This document shows positions 52,419 through 64,000 of a stretch of DNA of 64,000 nt, piece by piece. Position numbers and translations under genes: made by a program. Every line of letters begins with the position of its first letter. The stretch's first letter is position 1. The stretch comes from Parasitella parasitica NRRL 2501 (lineage: Eukaryota; Fungi; Mucoromycota): contig MU619237.1 in NCBI GenBank assembly GCA_025201805.1, positions 303,552 through 367,551 on the forward strand. The letters run 5' to 3'. The notes below the pieces were generated by a model, which was not told the origin of the DNA, searched no databases, and saw only the letters and a program-made list of their open reading frames with translations.

Positions 52419-52982
52419 TTAAGCAGATTCCAAAACGTTACGCTCAGAAACGTAGATACCGTCCAAGAACTTACGGATATCCTTATTCTTGACGAGACAA
52501 GATTGTTGGATGTCAGCAGCAGATTGAGAGACGTTTTCCAAAGAGTTACCAGTCAAGGTAAGCTCGTCCTTTTGGCCAGCGGAGGCAGAGACAGTGACAC
52601 CTTCACGCATGTTGACATGGAAGACAACCTTTTGACCCAAAAAGTTACGGATCTCGACAGCATCATTACTGCCGCTGATAATGACGTTGATGGGGAAATG
52701 TGCGTATACATAACGCATCTTGTATTCGAAGCCCTTGGTGACACCAACAATCATGTTGTTGATCAAAGAGCGAACGGTACGGATACAGGCAACGTGCTTA
52801 CGGAGACCGTGGTGGACGATGAACTTGATCTTTTCACCAACAATCTTGATCTCAATGTTCAAGTGACGAAGGTTCTTGGAGAGCTCACCGCGGGGACCAG
52901 TGACAGTAACTTGGCGAGACTTGATGACAACCTTAACACCCTCAGGGATAACGAGTTCGTCTTGCTTGTAGATATCCTTCAT
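52419..52982 (-). CDS. RPL9: 60S ribosomal protein L9 (uL6); 5'-UTR intron ~52997-53194
   Basis: 'VTGPRGEL', '[20 protein letters not shown]', 'EIRNFLG', '[16 protein letters not shown]'; strong codon bias. Confidence 0.97.
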   Translation of the reverse strand: MKDIYKQDELVIPEGVKVVIKSRQVTVTGPRGELSKNLRHLNIEIKIVGEKIKFIVHHGLRKHVACIRTVRSLINNMIVGVTKGFEYKMRYVYAHFPINVIISGSNDAVEIRNFLGQKVVFHVNMREGVTVSASAGQKDELTLTGNSLENVSQSAADIQQSCLVKNKDIRKFLDGIYVSERNVLESA

Positions 52983-53548
52983 TGTAAAATTACGCCCTAT
53001 AGAACTGTTGGTATACGTGTGACATATCAAAGTTTAAATGGCTTGAGATGTGCTGCAGTGCAGTGTGTCCATCAAAAATTTAGCAAAGATTCGCCTGCGC
53101 AACCATCCATACATCCATCTATCCATCTATCCACCCATATATCCATCCACAGCAACAACATCATCACAGGCCATTGATTCATAATAGTACATACCAGATG
53201 CTTTTGGAGAAGGGGAAAAGAGGAGGATCTAAACAATGTGGATATTTTCACTCTTTAATTCCACACAGCCTTGGGTTGTGGCCCACCCACTTTTTTTTTT
53301 TTTTTTTTTTTTTTNNNNNNNNNNNNNNNNNNNNNNNNNTTGCCCGCCGGGCAACAGCTGCTCTGTACCAGTTGTGTATAATTCAGGGTGGCTTATGATC
53401 GTCAACCAAATGTTTGTGATTATAGGTTATTTATTGGGTTTGTGTACATAAAAATAATGAACAATCGTATATATGTATGTATATTTAAGTAGTGTATAGT
53501 CAGATATGTAAAAAATAGTAGGGTAAGTGTAATAATATAGCATGTCTA

Positions 53549-55612
53549 TCAACGGACAAATCTTGACTTGGGAGTGGCGTCTAAACAGTCTCGGCAGTGG
53601 ACCACATATACACCAGTGTCTTCTACTGTCATATGGGCGTCCGAATCCATTTGCTTTTTGCAACCAGCGCAGCGCAAACATTTCTTGTGCCATCTACTAG
53701 CATTTGGCCCAGGTTGGGTGTCGTAGAGCGGCATGCTTTCGTTGCAGTGAGCACAAATGCGCACACCGCCTAACCGTGGCAAGACAGTCTTTCTTGATCT
53801 AAAAATATCGCTAGGCGTTGTAGCCGTAGAGTGTCTTCTAGACGGCTCCGTGGCGTTGGTTTCTGTGTTGATTTTCAGCTCAGATCGAACGGGTTTCCTT
53901 GCCTTGGTGTTGGAAGGCGTACAGTGATCGCAGTAGAGCTTGTCTTGATATTTGACCAATTTGCGGTCTGTAGGCACAGTCTTATTGCAGCCAGCACAAA
54001 GGAGACACTAGATAGGGGAGAGGGAGAAAGTTGAATTAGTTGATGTACAGTGGCAAGACAATCAAGTCTAAAAACAAACCTCTTTATGGTAAAAGTTATT
54101 GGAAAGCTCCAAACATGTATCTGTCACTGGTTTAGTGCATGCGTTGCACACGACAACTGCTGCTGGTTCTTGCTGCTGCCTCTCCTGCTGCTGCTGCTCC
54201 TGCTGCTCCTGCTGCTTTTGAGGCTCTTCGATGGAGGAGGAAAAGCTGCTGTCTGTGGGAGATGGAGGTGCGACATTGAAGTAATTGTCAACGTGTGGTG
54301 GTGTACGAGGATAAGTCTCATCTTCCTCGCTCTGGGGTGTGCCCTGTCTTGGTCCGACAGCAGAGAGAGGAGGAGAATTGCAGGCGACGGGAACGGCAGG
54401 ACATTCAGTGTGATAAAAGCTCTTGCCGTCTGTGCAGAACTCCAGACCGTTGAAGGTCTGGTGGCATTTGGCACAAAAGAGGCAGTAAGAGTGAAAGCAG
54501 AGCAGTTCTCCAGAAGGGATCCTCAGTCCTCGATAGTCTTTTTTGGATACGTGTTGGCCACACTCCTTGCATGGCTTTTTGGCGACCTTTTTTCTGCGGG
54601 GGGCCAGTGCGGTGCTCTCGGTCTTTTTGGGCTCAATGGGAGGGTATGGCGATGAGACAGAGCTATCGATGCTGATGTAGGATGAAGTTGAGACTGAGGG
54701 AGAAGTAGGGCTGACGCTGCGAGTTTTGAGTCTGTCTTCTGCGAAAGCACTTGGGGGATTGAACATGGAAGCTCTTCTGGATCTTTGGTATGTAAAGTAC
54801 GGGTTTTCCACGCTGGTAGGTGTGGTTGAGGCGGATCTAGAGGACGAGGCCAGAGTGGAAAGAGCGGGGGTAGAGGTGCTGGGGGCGCTAGGCTTGGGTG
54901 ATTGCAATGCTTGCATGCGGTGCTTGAGTTGACAGGTGCGACAGGATGGGTTGCCCTCGGAATCCTTGGATGCCAGCATTGGCTTCAATGGTGATTTGCA
55001 GTGGTTGCATTGGAAGCAGCTGCTGTGCCACACTTTGTTGTTGAACATGGTCTGCGTATCGGTGCGTTCTATAGGTTTACTGCAGCCAGAGCTAAATGAA
55101 AAAAAAAAAGAAGAAGAGAATAGGTCAATGCGTCTGTTATATTTGGCTTTTGTGTGTGTATGTGGGTATGCGTGTGCTAGTTACCAATCGACTATCTCGC
55201 TCAAGCATGGCTTGCAGTAGTAGGCTGAATTGTAAATAGAAAAGCTGTTCGAATCGGTCCAAGAGTTCTGCGTTCTTTGACATTTGACGCAAGACTTCAA
55301 ATTACTGCTGTCTTTGGGCTGCTGCGTGTCAAACTGAGGCATGGTTCTTTGGGGTCTTGGTTTGATGGGAGTGGACACGGATCCTGAGCCGCTGCTGAAG
55401 ATTGCTTTTTTGCCATAAGTGTCCTGCCACTTGTCAGTGCTATTTTGGCTCAATCTTGCTTGGCTAGAAAACATGGCAGCTTTCGCCAATAAAGAGGATG
55501 ATGCTGCAGTTGTTTTCTCGGCTGTGGGCGAGCTTTGGATGGTTCTGTGGCACTTGGGACAAGTGCTGGTTTTGGTGTATACGCTTTGATTACAGTAGAT
55601 ACAAAAACCCAT
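53549..55612 (-). CDS. Multi-LIM-domain protein (3 exons)
   Basis: Repeated CxxC-HxxCxxCxxC-CxxC units, e.g. 'WHSSCFQCNHC', 'FHSYCLFCAKC', 'WHKKCLRCAGC'. Confidence 0.9.
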
Positions 55613-56472
55613 TTTGTTTAGAGTAGAAAGTAAAGAGATAAAGAAACCAGACAATAAGGAAGCTTTGGACAGAGCTATATTTATGCTGTTTTGATTGTTA
55701 TTGATTTATTGCTAAAAATGGAGATTGCCTTTTATTGTAGTGCATGTATAAATATACATACATAATAAATAGACATCATTTGCACTGCCATTGTAAAGCA
55801 ATGGTTTGTTGTCGTTTTACTTGATTAAGATGAGTGTCGTTGTACAAACGTCATTGTCGTTTTACAACTGTAGGTACATTTGAAAACATATACCGCCATG
55901 TCATCATCCTCTAAAATCCGATTTGAGGCCATGTGCAGATCATTGTTACCATAATATACACTGCGGCGTGTTTCTCAGTGTAAACACATGTAGCATTTCT
56001 CTCCACTCATCCCCTGACATTCCTGGAACAATCACTTCATAGGCGAAGCCTACACATTAGTAAGGCATGTGCGGATGATTGTTGTTTTGCTATTCTTTGC
56101 TCTCTGCGACCTGGACTAGCGTTACATATATGCAATTCAGCCTGGTTGACATGCAGCACCATCAGAGGGAAGAATACTCCATACGATGGATGAAAATTTA
56201 GCGGACAGCCTCATTTTTTATGTTTGAATAAAGGGGCGAGCCCAAATTTAACTCATTAATCACTGGGCGGTGGAGGGAGAGCACGGCTCACCCACAACAA
56301 GACATGCACATCTATTTCAGGGCTTGTGACGCGCCGCGTACAAAACATACAATACAAGGCGGGTGTAACAAAAAGAACCAACTTTCAATCAGAACTTTTG
56401 GAGTGAGATCTTCTCTTGCAAAGCCTTGCTACATCCATTAAAAAACAAAACAAAAAAACAAAAAATCGCATA

Positions 56473-59400
56473 ATGTCAACCTTGGAGCCGCTCATCATAC
56501 GATGCGCCAAACAAATATACCACAACCTCAAATTAACAAATCGCATCCGTCTGCTATCGAATGCAGCTACAAACAACTCTCTGCCGTCAGAAGTCGTCAA
56601 AATGCAGCAGATAGTCGCAATTGCAGATGGAAAAACTCTGGAGAGAATCGTGAGATCTTTTCTGCAAGACTCCAAGCCAAACAAATCTCTCAATGACTTT
56701 GTCTCTCTTTTGGATCAAAAGAATCAGATGCTAAGTAAGTTGACAGGTTTGACGTGTGTGTGTGTGTGTGTGTGTGTGCGTGCGTGCAAAAGCATCACGG
56801 TTAGTCTAAATACAATATTCCACACCTAGTCTGCATGGATGACGATGATTTCAGCGATGAATTTGGTGATGATTGCGTCGATATTTTTGCCCAAATTATG
56901 GACACTCTTCCAGAAGTGAAAAAGAGAGCAAGGCCGTCGACCTTGGATGACACTCCCGCATTGCACAAACGACTAAAACTACCAGCAGACAGCGTCAAAA
57001 ATGCGCCCAGCAACAAAAGCAAAGACCTGACGCTAGTCATCAACGAATCCTGCTTTGTAAACGATACCTTGCAAAGTGATACCCACAACACCATCTGCAA
57101 CCCTCAATGCGCTACCAAACTGCTCAGCGGCGTGCCTTGGATTATCCTGTACGAGATATCTCGCTTTGTGCAAGCGTTCAATGTGGACTGGTCCAATGTT
57201 CCGTTCGAGGCCTTTCAGACATTTTTGAATACTGGCAGCAGTGATCCTGGACAGCTATACGACACCATGATCAAGTGGAACCAGGAAACGCGGTTGGGCA
57301 TCAAGCTGAACGGCTCAGCATACACCGTGATGGACAGATGTTCCGAGAATGTGTGGGTGCACTTCAAGCAATCGCAGACTTCAACGCCAGTGACACCTCT
57401 GTCGTCTGCTCTTCACCCCGACTTTGCTGTGCACTCAAAAGAGCAGAATGCACGCATCAAGAACCGAATGATCCATTTCAGCGGTCTCATCACTTGGAGA
57501 AACTCACACTTACCTCCAACTATCACGCTGCGAGCACCCAAAGTAGAGGCTTCCAACAGATTCTTCCGCAAGTTTGGCCAAGACAGATTTCTAGAGCTCA
57601 AGTTGGGAAAGACGACACACCTAGCCATCCTCAAACAGCACAAAAAGTTCTTCCTGAAACCCTTCCTGCTGATGCATCGAGTTTTCCGCTTCTTGTTTGT
57701 CAAAGATGATACCATCATCATGTTTGCCACAGAAGGCGTCGACCTGAAGCCAATCAACATCCAACAGGTCATCGATTGGCATATGCCCATCACAGAGAAC
57801 TGGGACATGTCCATCAGCAAATACGCAAGCCGCATGTCTCTAGGCTACAGCAGCAGCATCCCCACTCTGGAATTCAAGCCTGACGAAATTGTTTACGTTG
57901 ACGACGTCTACGGCTCGACGGGATCCGATAGCAACGAAACCAACTGCATGACGGACGGCTGTGGCATCATCTCCTGCTCGGCCATGAAAAAGATTATGGG
58001 TTGCCAAGCAACAGAGGAGCTGCCTTGCGCTATCCAAGGCCGCATCGCTGGTGCCAAGGGCATTTGGATCATCGAGCCTGATCTGGATTTTTCGACGGGC
58101 GACTACATCAAGATCCGTAAAAGCCAGGACAAGTTCAAGACAGGGTTGCCCCAGAGCGATTTCATGCTGGATCCCCACCACTACACGTTTGATCTAGTCA
58201 AGAACTCCATCCTCGTGTATCCGTCTTATCTGAACACACAGTTCATCCAGTGTCTGTCTCACGGCGGTGTGCCACACTCTGTGTTTATCATCATCCTCAA
58301 GGAATACATTCATCAGCTGGCAGCGATCATCACAGAGAACCAGAGCATCAAGCTGCTGCGAGACTGGGTAGCAAAGTCGGGAAGGATCATGATGGGTCGA
58401 TGGGAGGGCGAGGTCAATGCTGAAAAGGGCTTGTGGAGGGACCTGATCGGCGGCGGCGGCGACGACGAAAACGACAGCGGATTCTTTACACTGGACTCAC
58501 CCGACGATCTGCACTCCAATGAGGACGAGCCGCTGGACTCCCCCGCATACGAGGCAAAGGGCCCCAGCAAGCTCGCGCTGGACGTTAAAGACAGTCATTT
58601 CGCAAGAGTCAACAAATACTCTGGCTTTCCTGCCAGTCTGCATGAATCCATTGTACGGCTGCTCGACGCAGGTTTCGACCTGTCGAATGCCTATGTGGCG
58701 ACTCGCGTAACAATGGTGTTTCGACAAATTATGCAGGCGATCACTACCAAATACAAAATCGAGGTGCCTCAATCATGCACCGTAACATGTGTTCCTGATC
58801 CCACGGGCACGCTGGAGCCAGGCGAGATTTTCCTGCAATTATCGAGCAGACGAGTCGATGAGAAAACTGGCATCCGTGCTGGTCAGATACTGGGGGATGT
58901 GCTTGTTACTCGAAACCCCTGTGCGCTGAAGAGCGACGTCCAAAAGGTGAAGGCTGTCGATTGCACGGCGCTGCGAATGTACACTGACCTGGCAATTTTC
59001 TCAATCAAAGGAGAGACATCGCTGGCTAGCCAGTTGAGCGGGGGTGATTATGATGGCGATATCGTATGTTATTACAAAAGCATGGATGGCAAAAATAACG
59101 TGTATATGTAATATATATATTTATATATATACTCATTTTTTTATTTTTTTTTATTCTAGGTTTTCTGCTGCTGGGATGAGCGTCTCGTCAAGCCATTCAA
59201 ACCCAAACCGGTGCCGCCTCCGTGTAAACGTGCAGAAGAGGCCTTTGACAAAGACAAAAGCACGGTAGGTAAAGAAGTGAGCTCTTGCAAGGACCCCCAG
59301 GAAGCCATCCAGAACAGTTTCATCTCTGTGGCTATTCCAGACGGCACTCTGGGCGTGTATGAAAATTGGAGAACGGTGCTGGCAGAATGCTCCTCACTTG

Positions 59401-60356
59401 ATCATCCTGACGTTGTTTACCTTGGTCACATGTGTTCCAAACTAGTCGACGCCCCTAAACAAGGCTTAACGCTAAAGGCAACAGTGAAGAAACGAGACCG
59501 CGCAAACTTTTCAGAGATACCTCATCCGCCATGGTTTATGGACAAGAAGAACAAGCAGCGCGGACCGACATTCCGAAGTTACAAAGAAGCCAATAACGTA
59601 TACACCCTTCACGGGGCACCTTGCTCCACGACCATGGATTACCTTTATGATACCTTGCTGACAGAAACCGCAGCATTTACCAAATATTCTCGCAGCATGT
59701 TCTGCGACGACGACGTCTCTCTCAAAGACCCCGATCTCATTGCTCCATGGCTCAAAGCCAAAGAGCTTGCAACACAGCTCAGCGACGGGCTACTTGCTAC
59801 TGATCTACGACTTATCGCAGAAGCTGTGGAGACAAACAAGAAGGAATACACCGAAAAGTGCGCAAAACTGGATTCTCTGAAGCAGCGCTATTTGGAGAAT
59901 CTCTCGAATCCAACGAAATATGTCGACGAAAAGTATATAGAAGAATTCCAGAGCCAATTCAATAGTCATTTCGAGCTGGAAGAGTTTTACGCCAAAGACT
60001 TTCTCGAGACTCCACCGACACAGAGCCTGAAATCAAATGTCATGATGTTCGATGTGCAAGTAAATGGCGGCAGAATGCTGCACAATATCAAGGCTAGTTA
60101 CGCTTACATTATCTCCATCAACTCAAGCAAGTACGCAAAGTACTGTTATTTGGTGGCATATGACAATCTAAGACGGATCAAGGCAGATGCTGTGGCCAAA
60201 CAAACAAAAGAGAACGGCTTTGCAGAAACCTTATCACCGTCCGCTTACAAATGCATGACGATTGACCGAAATTGGATCAAAAAAATGAAAGAGACAAACT
60301 ACACGGACGGTAACGAACGGGTTAGATTATCAACAGAGTATATTCCAAAAAAGTAA
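56473..60356 (+). CDS. RNAi RNA-dependent RNA polymerase, QDE-1/rdrp-1-like (3 exons)
   Basis: 'SNRFFRKFG', 'MTDGCGIIS', 'IQGRIAGAKGIW', 'VPDPTGTLEPGEIF', 'VTRNP', catalytic 'LSGGDYDGD'; introns 56735-56829 and ~59064-59159. Confidence 0.95.
56754..56778 (+). repeat. (TG)n microsatellite in RdRP intron 1
   Basis: Directly visible. Confidence 0.9.
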
Positions 60357-61611
60357 TGCCTGCAAATCCGGAAAAAAAATAAACAATAACAATTAAAAAA
60401 ATATAAAGTATCAGGTTGTTATAGTCTTTGCATGTGGGGCAGACAACATGCAACAATATCCATGAGCGAACCCCTTAGATAACGAGAAGGGAGAACCCCC
60501 TATTGCTCCCTAGTACGCCCCCTCCCTTTTTACAAATACTTACCACACACACGTGTACTCGTATGTCCGACTAAAATCTGTTTATTTTTCATTCACGTTT
60601 ATAAATTGTAGATGTAAGGCTCTTGCGAACCTTCAAAAAATTGCTACCGCGCTCCGAAAAGCACTGTAGACGGGTATTGGTTGTAGTTTTCAACCAGCAA
60701 TAAACCAGAATCAGTATGAACCTCACTTTCGTGGTTTTGCCCGAGCACAAGAATACAGAACAAAAGAGGGACATGGGTAGATGGCCCTTTTATACTTTTT
60801 TTTTTTTTCTTTTCACCTTGGACTACTGTCACACTACTGGACTGTTTGTTTGTTCGCTCCAATGTGACCTTTGTAATACAGTACAGTTCCATAGTAACGT
60901 TGCTCATCTCATGATTACACACCCACATCTACATGTAAATGTACCTAATACGGTAGCACTTGCTGCTTATACTTTATCGATAATATTTCAAGTATTCTTC
61001 TGAAAAAGGGGATCCGTAACTATTGAACACTCGTCTGAGAAAAGCAAAAAGTGCATACCGGTATCGCGCTCAGCAAACACATTCCGAGATGGATGGTAAA
61101 AAAAGTACCTTGCCACCAAGCAATTGCCTTGAAAATTTCCCCAGACTTATTACTGAAATGTTTTACAATTGTTCCTTGAAAGAAATACTTTCTAACATTA
61201 GTCAATTTTATACTTTATATCCTTCTTTTCATCTACTACTAGGCATGCTATTAGGTACTGTACTCAGGCCTCAGAAGGGTCAAACTAGGTGATTCTTCAA
61301 ACAAAAATACCTCGATGAAAAACTAATATTTTTCTGTAAAACAAAGTAGAGAAAATAGATTTAGTCTGTGGCTACCATTCACTAAATTTTAGGCTATGAG
61401 TTTCTATGAATATTTGCCTTGATTTGCTGAAAACCGCAGATTTTTGTTAATAGAGTCTGTCCAAATAGCGAACAAAACGGACCCGATGCCAGTGCACTGA
61501 CAAGTGGACGATACAAACCCCATATTTATTGATAAATATGAATGAAAAGTGCTGATTGTTCGAACCCCTTTTTGTGTAGACTTGAGCGCGCCTGTCAAAA
61601 CAACAAAACAA

Positions 61612-62901
61612 TTATGCAGCTTTGGTGGGCGTGGTTCTGCCACCACTATTATTAGCTTCCTTTCCAAACTGGACGCAAATGGGCCGCTCATGTATCACAT
61701 AGCCATTTGTACACTGTAAAGCTAAAGAAGCTTGTGATTTGTCCGTAAACGTAACAAACGCCTGCCCTCTCAACCGTCCTTTGGTCATCAGGTTGATATG
61801 GACGTCTGGTGCGAAAATCGAAAATAAATCAACCAGTTCTTGCTGTGTCGTTTGCTTGTCTAAATTCTTTATATACAGTTTAGGGCTCGGCTCTCCCTCC
61901 ACGTATTGCTTGAATGCAGGGAGATTGAGCAGCTCAGAAATAGGTCTGCATTGCTTGCGGATAGCTTGTTGTTCTGCAGTGATACCGATGTTGATCTTGA
62001 TCTTTTTGTTGGTGGTGCTGGTGGTGGTGGTGGCCGTGGTGGTGGCCGTGGAACTATTCTTTGCAAATGACGATGCTGGTGATGAAGTAGCTGGTTGCTT
62101 GTGCAGAGCAAGCTTTTGACTCTCAGCAGCCATGCGAAGCAATCTTGCTTGCGCTACTTTTTCTTGCTGGAGTTTGATAGTTTCATTTTCGTCGTCCTGT
62201 TCATCCTCCAATTCTGATTCATCGCTAGCCAATAATTGGTCGTGCTTTCGCTTCAAAAATGATGGTTTTGCGTCTTTTTCGGCAGGGCCGAACGGCGGAG
62301 GCATGTTGTATTTGTTCATGAGATGAAGCACTTGGGTATAAAATCGAGGGACAGTAGCGATGGCATGTGTAATGTTTGTTAAAATATCAGGTGTTGGGTC
62401 GGGATAGTAGTACGTTAGCTGAGGGTTGGGTGGATAGAGTAGGCCGTGCGGAGCAGATACAGGCTCTGCGGCCGGTGTCTCCTGCTCTATCGCAAGCTGC
62501 TGAGGAGGAATAGAGCTGCGCTGTCTGTTTGGATCAGGCCTCGCGTACTCTACAGTTATTTGCTTGTAAAATAAGCCAAAATCAATCTTTTTCAGCATGT
62601 CGAATGCCTGCTCGGCAATGCTTCGATTTGGAAAGTCTAGAAACACAAAGCCAACCTGTTTCGATGGGTTATCTTGGACTGGGGTCCTTGTAGCGCTGGA
62701 TTTGCGTGCTTACCATGGCCTGACTCTGCATAAATCGAATGTCGATTGGTCTGTACGGCCTAAAGTATTTCTCTCGTAACTCTGTGGATGTGGTTATAAA
62801 GCTGGGCAAATGCTTGACGATGATCGTGGTAATAGTGTCCTATGCAACCATCAGGATCGCTTCGAATAGTGCTCGTTTATTTGCTACATTACACAGTTCA
62901 T
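61612..62901 (-). CDS. RNPC3: U11/U12 snRNP 65 kDa protein (two RRMs), 3 exons
   Basis: 'YPDPTPDILTNITHAIATVPRFYTQVLHLMNKYNMPPPF', 'GEPSPKLYIKNL', 'LMTKGRLRGQAFVTF'; likely 9-nt first exon ATG AAC TGT. Confidence 0.92.
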
Positions 62902-63055
62902 TTTCGTCAATACGAGTTGTAGAAAAGAGGTTTGATGAAGGTGTTCTCCCAATAGTCACAGTACACATCCACACACAAAAGAGCAAAAATATTTTTCGTC
63001 TTGTTTTGTCCCAACCGCATTGTTTAATTTCATTTATCGAAAGCCCATCTTTACA
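62902..63055. promoter_or_regulatory. Compact bidirectional promoter RNPC3/NAT9
   Basis: 154 bp between divergent ATGs. Confidence 0.6.
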
Positions 63056-63714
63056 ATGAGATTGAATGAAGACACAGTACTTGCAAGTATTCTGTCTGCA
63101 AAAGCTGAGCAGGTTGCATTCTGACGTGTCAATTAGATAGGAGAGAAGGTTGCTCTGGTGCCTTATAAACCTGAACATGTACCCAGATATCACGAATGGA
63201 TGAAGTCACCTTTCCTGCAGGAGATGACTGCATCCGAGCCATTGACACTGGAAGAAGAATATGAGATGCAGAAATCATGGCATCAAGATGAAGAGAGTAA
63301 GGCCTTCGTTTGCTAGCCTCAAACCACTAAAGAAAGAAAGAAAGAAAAAAGAAAAGCCAACATCCTGTATAGAGCTTACGTTCATTATCACTAGTTTACC
63401 CAATAGTGACAATAGGTCGCTCCAGAATATACCAGAGAGCGAAATCAAAGACCACACTGGTAAAACGCAGTAATATGCTGATCTTTTTTTTTTCGCAAAT
63501 GATTCACCTATTCAGCAATGATTTAGTCATGGTTGGCGATGTAAACATTTTTCTTAACGATCAAGACCAGGATAAAACATTTGGAGAGATTGAAGTTATG
63601 GTTGCCGAGCCTGATTACAGAAGAACCGGCCGAGGAAGAGAAGCATTGGCAATAATCATGGGATATGGTAACCACACACTAAAATGTATCTATCAACGCA
63701 ATACTAACGACAAC

Positions 63715-63766
<52 letters not shown>

Positions 63767-64000
63767 CTTTACAAGTGATAGGATTAAAGACATTCCATGC
63801 AAAGATATCACTGAAAAATAGCCCTAGCATCAACTTGTTCCAGTCAAAATTTGGCTTTTATGAAATTGCTGTCTCCCAAGTTTTCCAAGAAATCACGTTA
63901 GAGTGGACGCTCTTGGCACCCTCAGACACAGTAAAAGTAGACGAGTTTGGTAATCAAATAGAAGCTTATGGGTCCAAGGCAACGCCGGAACAGCACAACA
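63056..64000 (+). CDS. NAT9: N-acetyltransferase 9-like GNAT protein (runs off window)
   Basis: 'MRLNEDTVL..EKVALVPYKPEHVPRYHEWMKS...[29 protein letters not shown]', 'MVGDVNIFL', 'GEIEVMVAE', 'VSQVFQEITL'. Confidence 0.93.
63719..63764 (+). repeat. (AC)n microsatellite abutting a NAT9 3' splice site
   Basis: Directly visible; ends ...acacag|ctt. Confidence 0.9.

Noticed and set aside
53000-53175. Box C/D snoRNA in the RPL9 intron (GTGATGA present)
   Set aside because: No downstream CTGA box D within the intron.
52380-53177. 265-aa plus-strand ORF antisense to RPL9
   Set aside because: Shadow ORF from strong codon bias of a highly expressed gene; the same applies to antisense ORFs over the kinase, LIM, RdRP and GUT2 genes.
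55810-55820. Match to the start of the M13 forward primer (GTAAAACGAC)
   Set aside because: Only 10 bp, with no further vector sequence; not contamination.
60987-60992. In-frame TGA as selenocysteine
   Set aside because: No selenoprotein-like context or SECIS seen, and Sec is not known in Mucorales.
6815-64000. U12-type introns (RTATCCTT donors, AT-AC ends)
   Set aside because: All donors I could place are U2-type GT or GC; none has the ATCCTT consensus.

Overview
Eukaryotic, intron-rich, AT-rich fungal DNA. Short GT-AG introns and the gene content (chitin deacetylase, QDE-1-type RdRP, CENP-K, U11/U12-65K, ZZZ3, HSPA12-like protein) point to a Mucorales genome (Mucor/Parasitella-like); this assignment is inference. 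The first 6 kb is a decayed transposon cluster: two internally deleted Helitrons of one family, a helicase fragment of a second Helitron family, and a broken CACTA/Plavaka-like transposase. The rest holds about 20 host genes: Zn2Cys6 TF, F-box pseudogene, membrane protein, GT32, GDAP1-like GST, CENP-K, TAF7, Hsp70-fold coiled-coil protein, SEN2, CDA, CDC40, GUT2, F-BAR/SH3 protein, short BUB1-like kinase, APM3, ZZZ3, HRK1/HAL kinase, RPL9, LIM protein, RdRP, RNPC3 and NAT9. I see no unmistakable new multi-gene system. The best novelty candidates are (1) a degenerate Hsp70/actin-fold protein with a ~360-aa coiled coil inserted inside the nucleotide-binding domain, (2) a tightly packed intronless trio containing a GT32 with a broken DXD motif and a GDAP1-like GST without its tail anchor, and (3) a minimal KEN-less Bub1. 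All calls rest on motif recognition by eye; no searches were run, and exon boundaries are manual.
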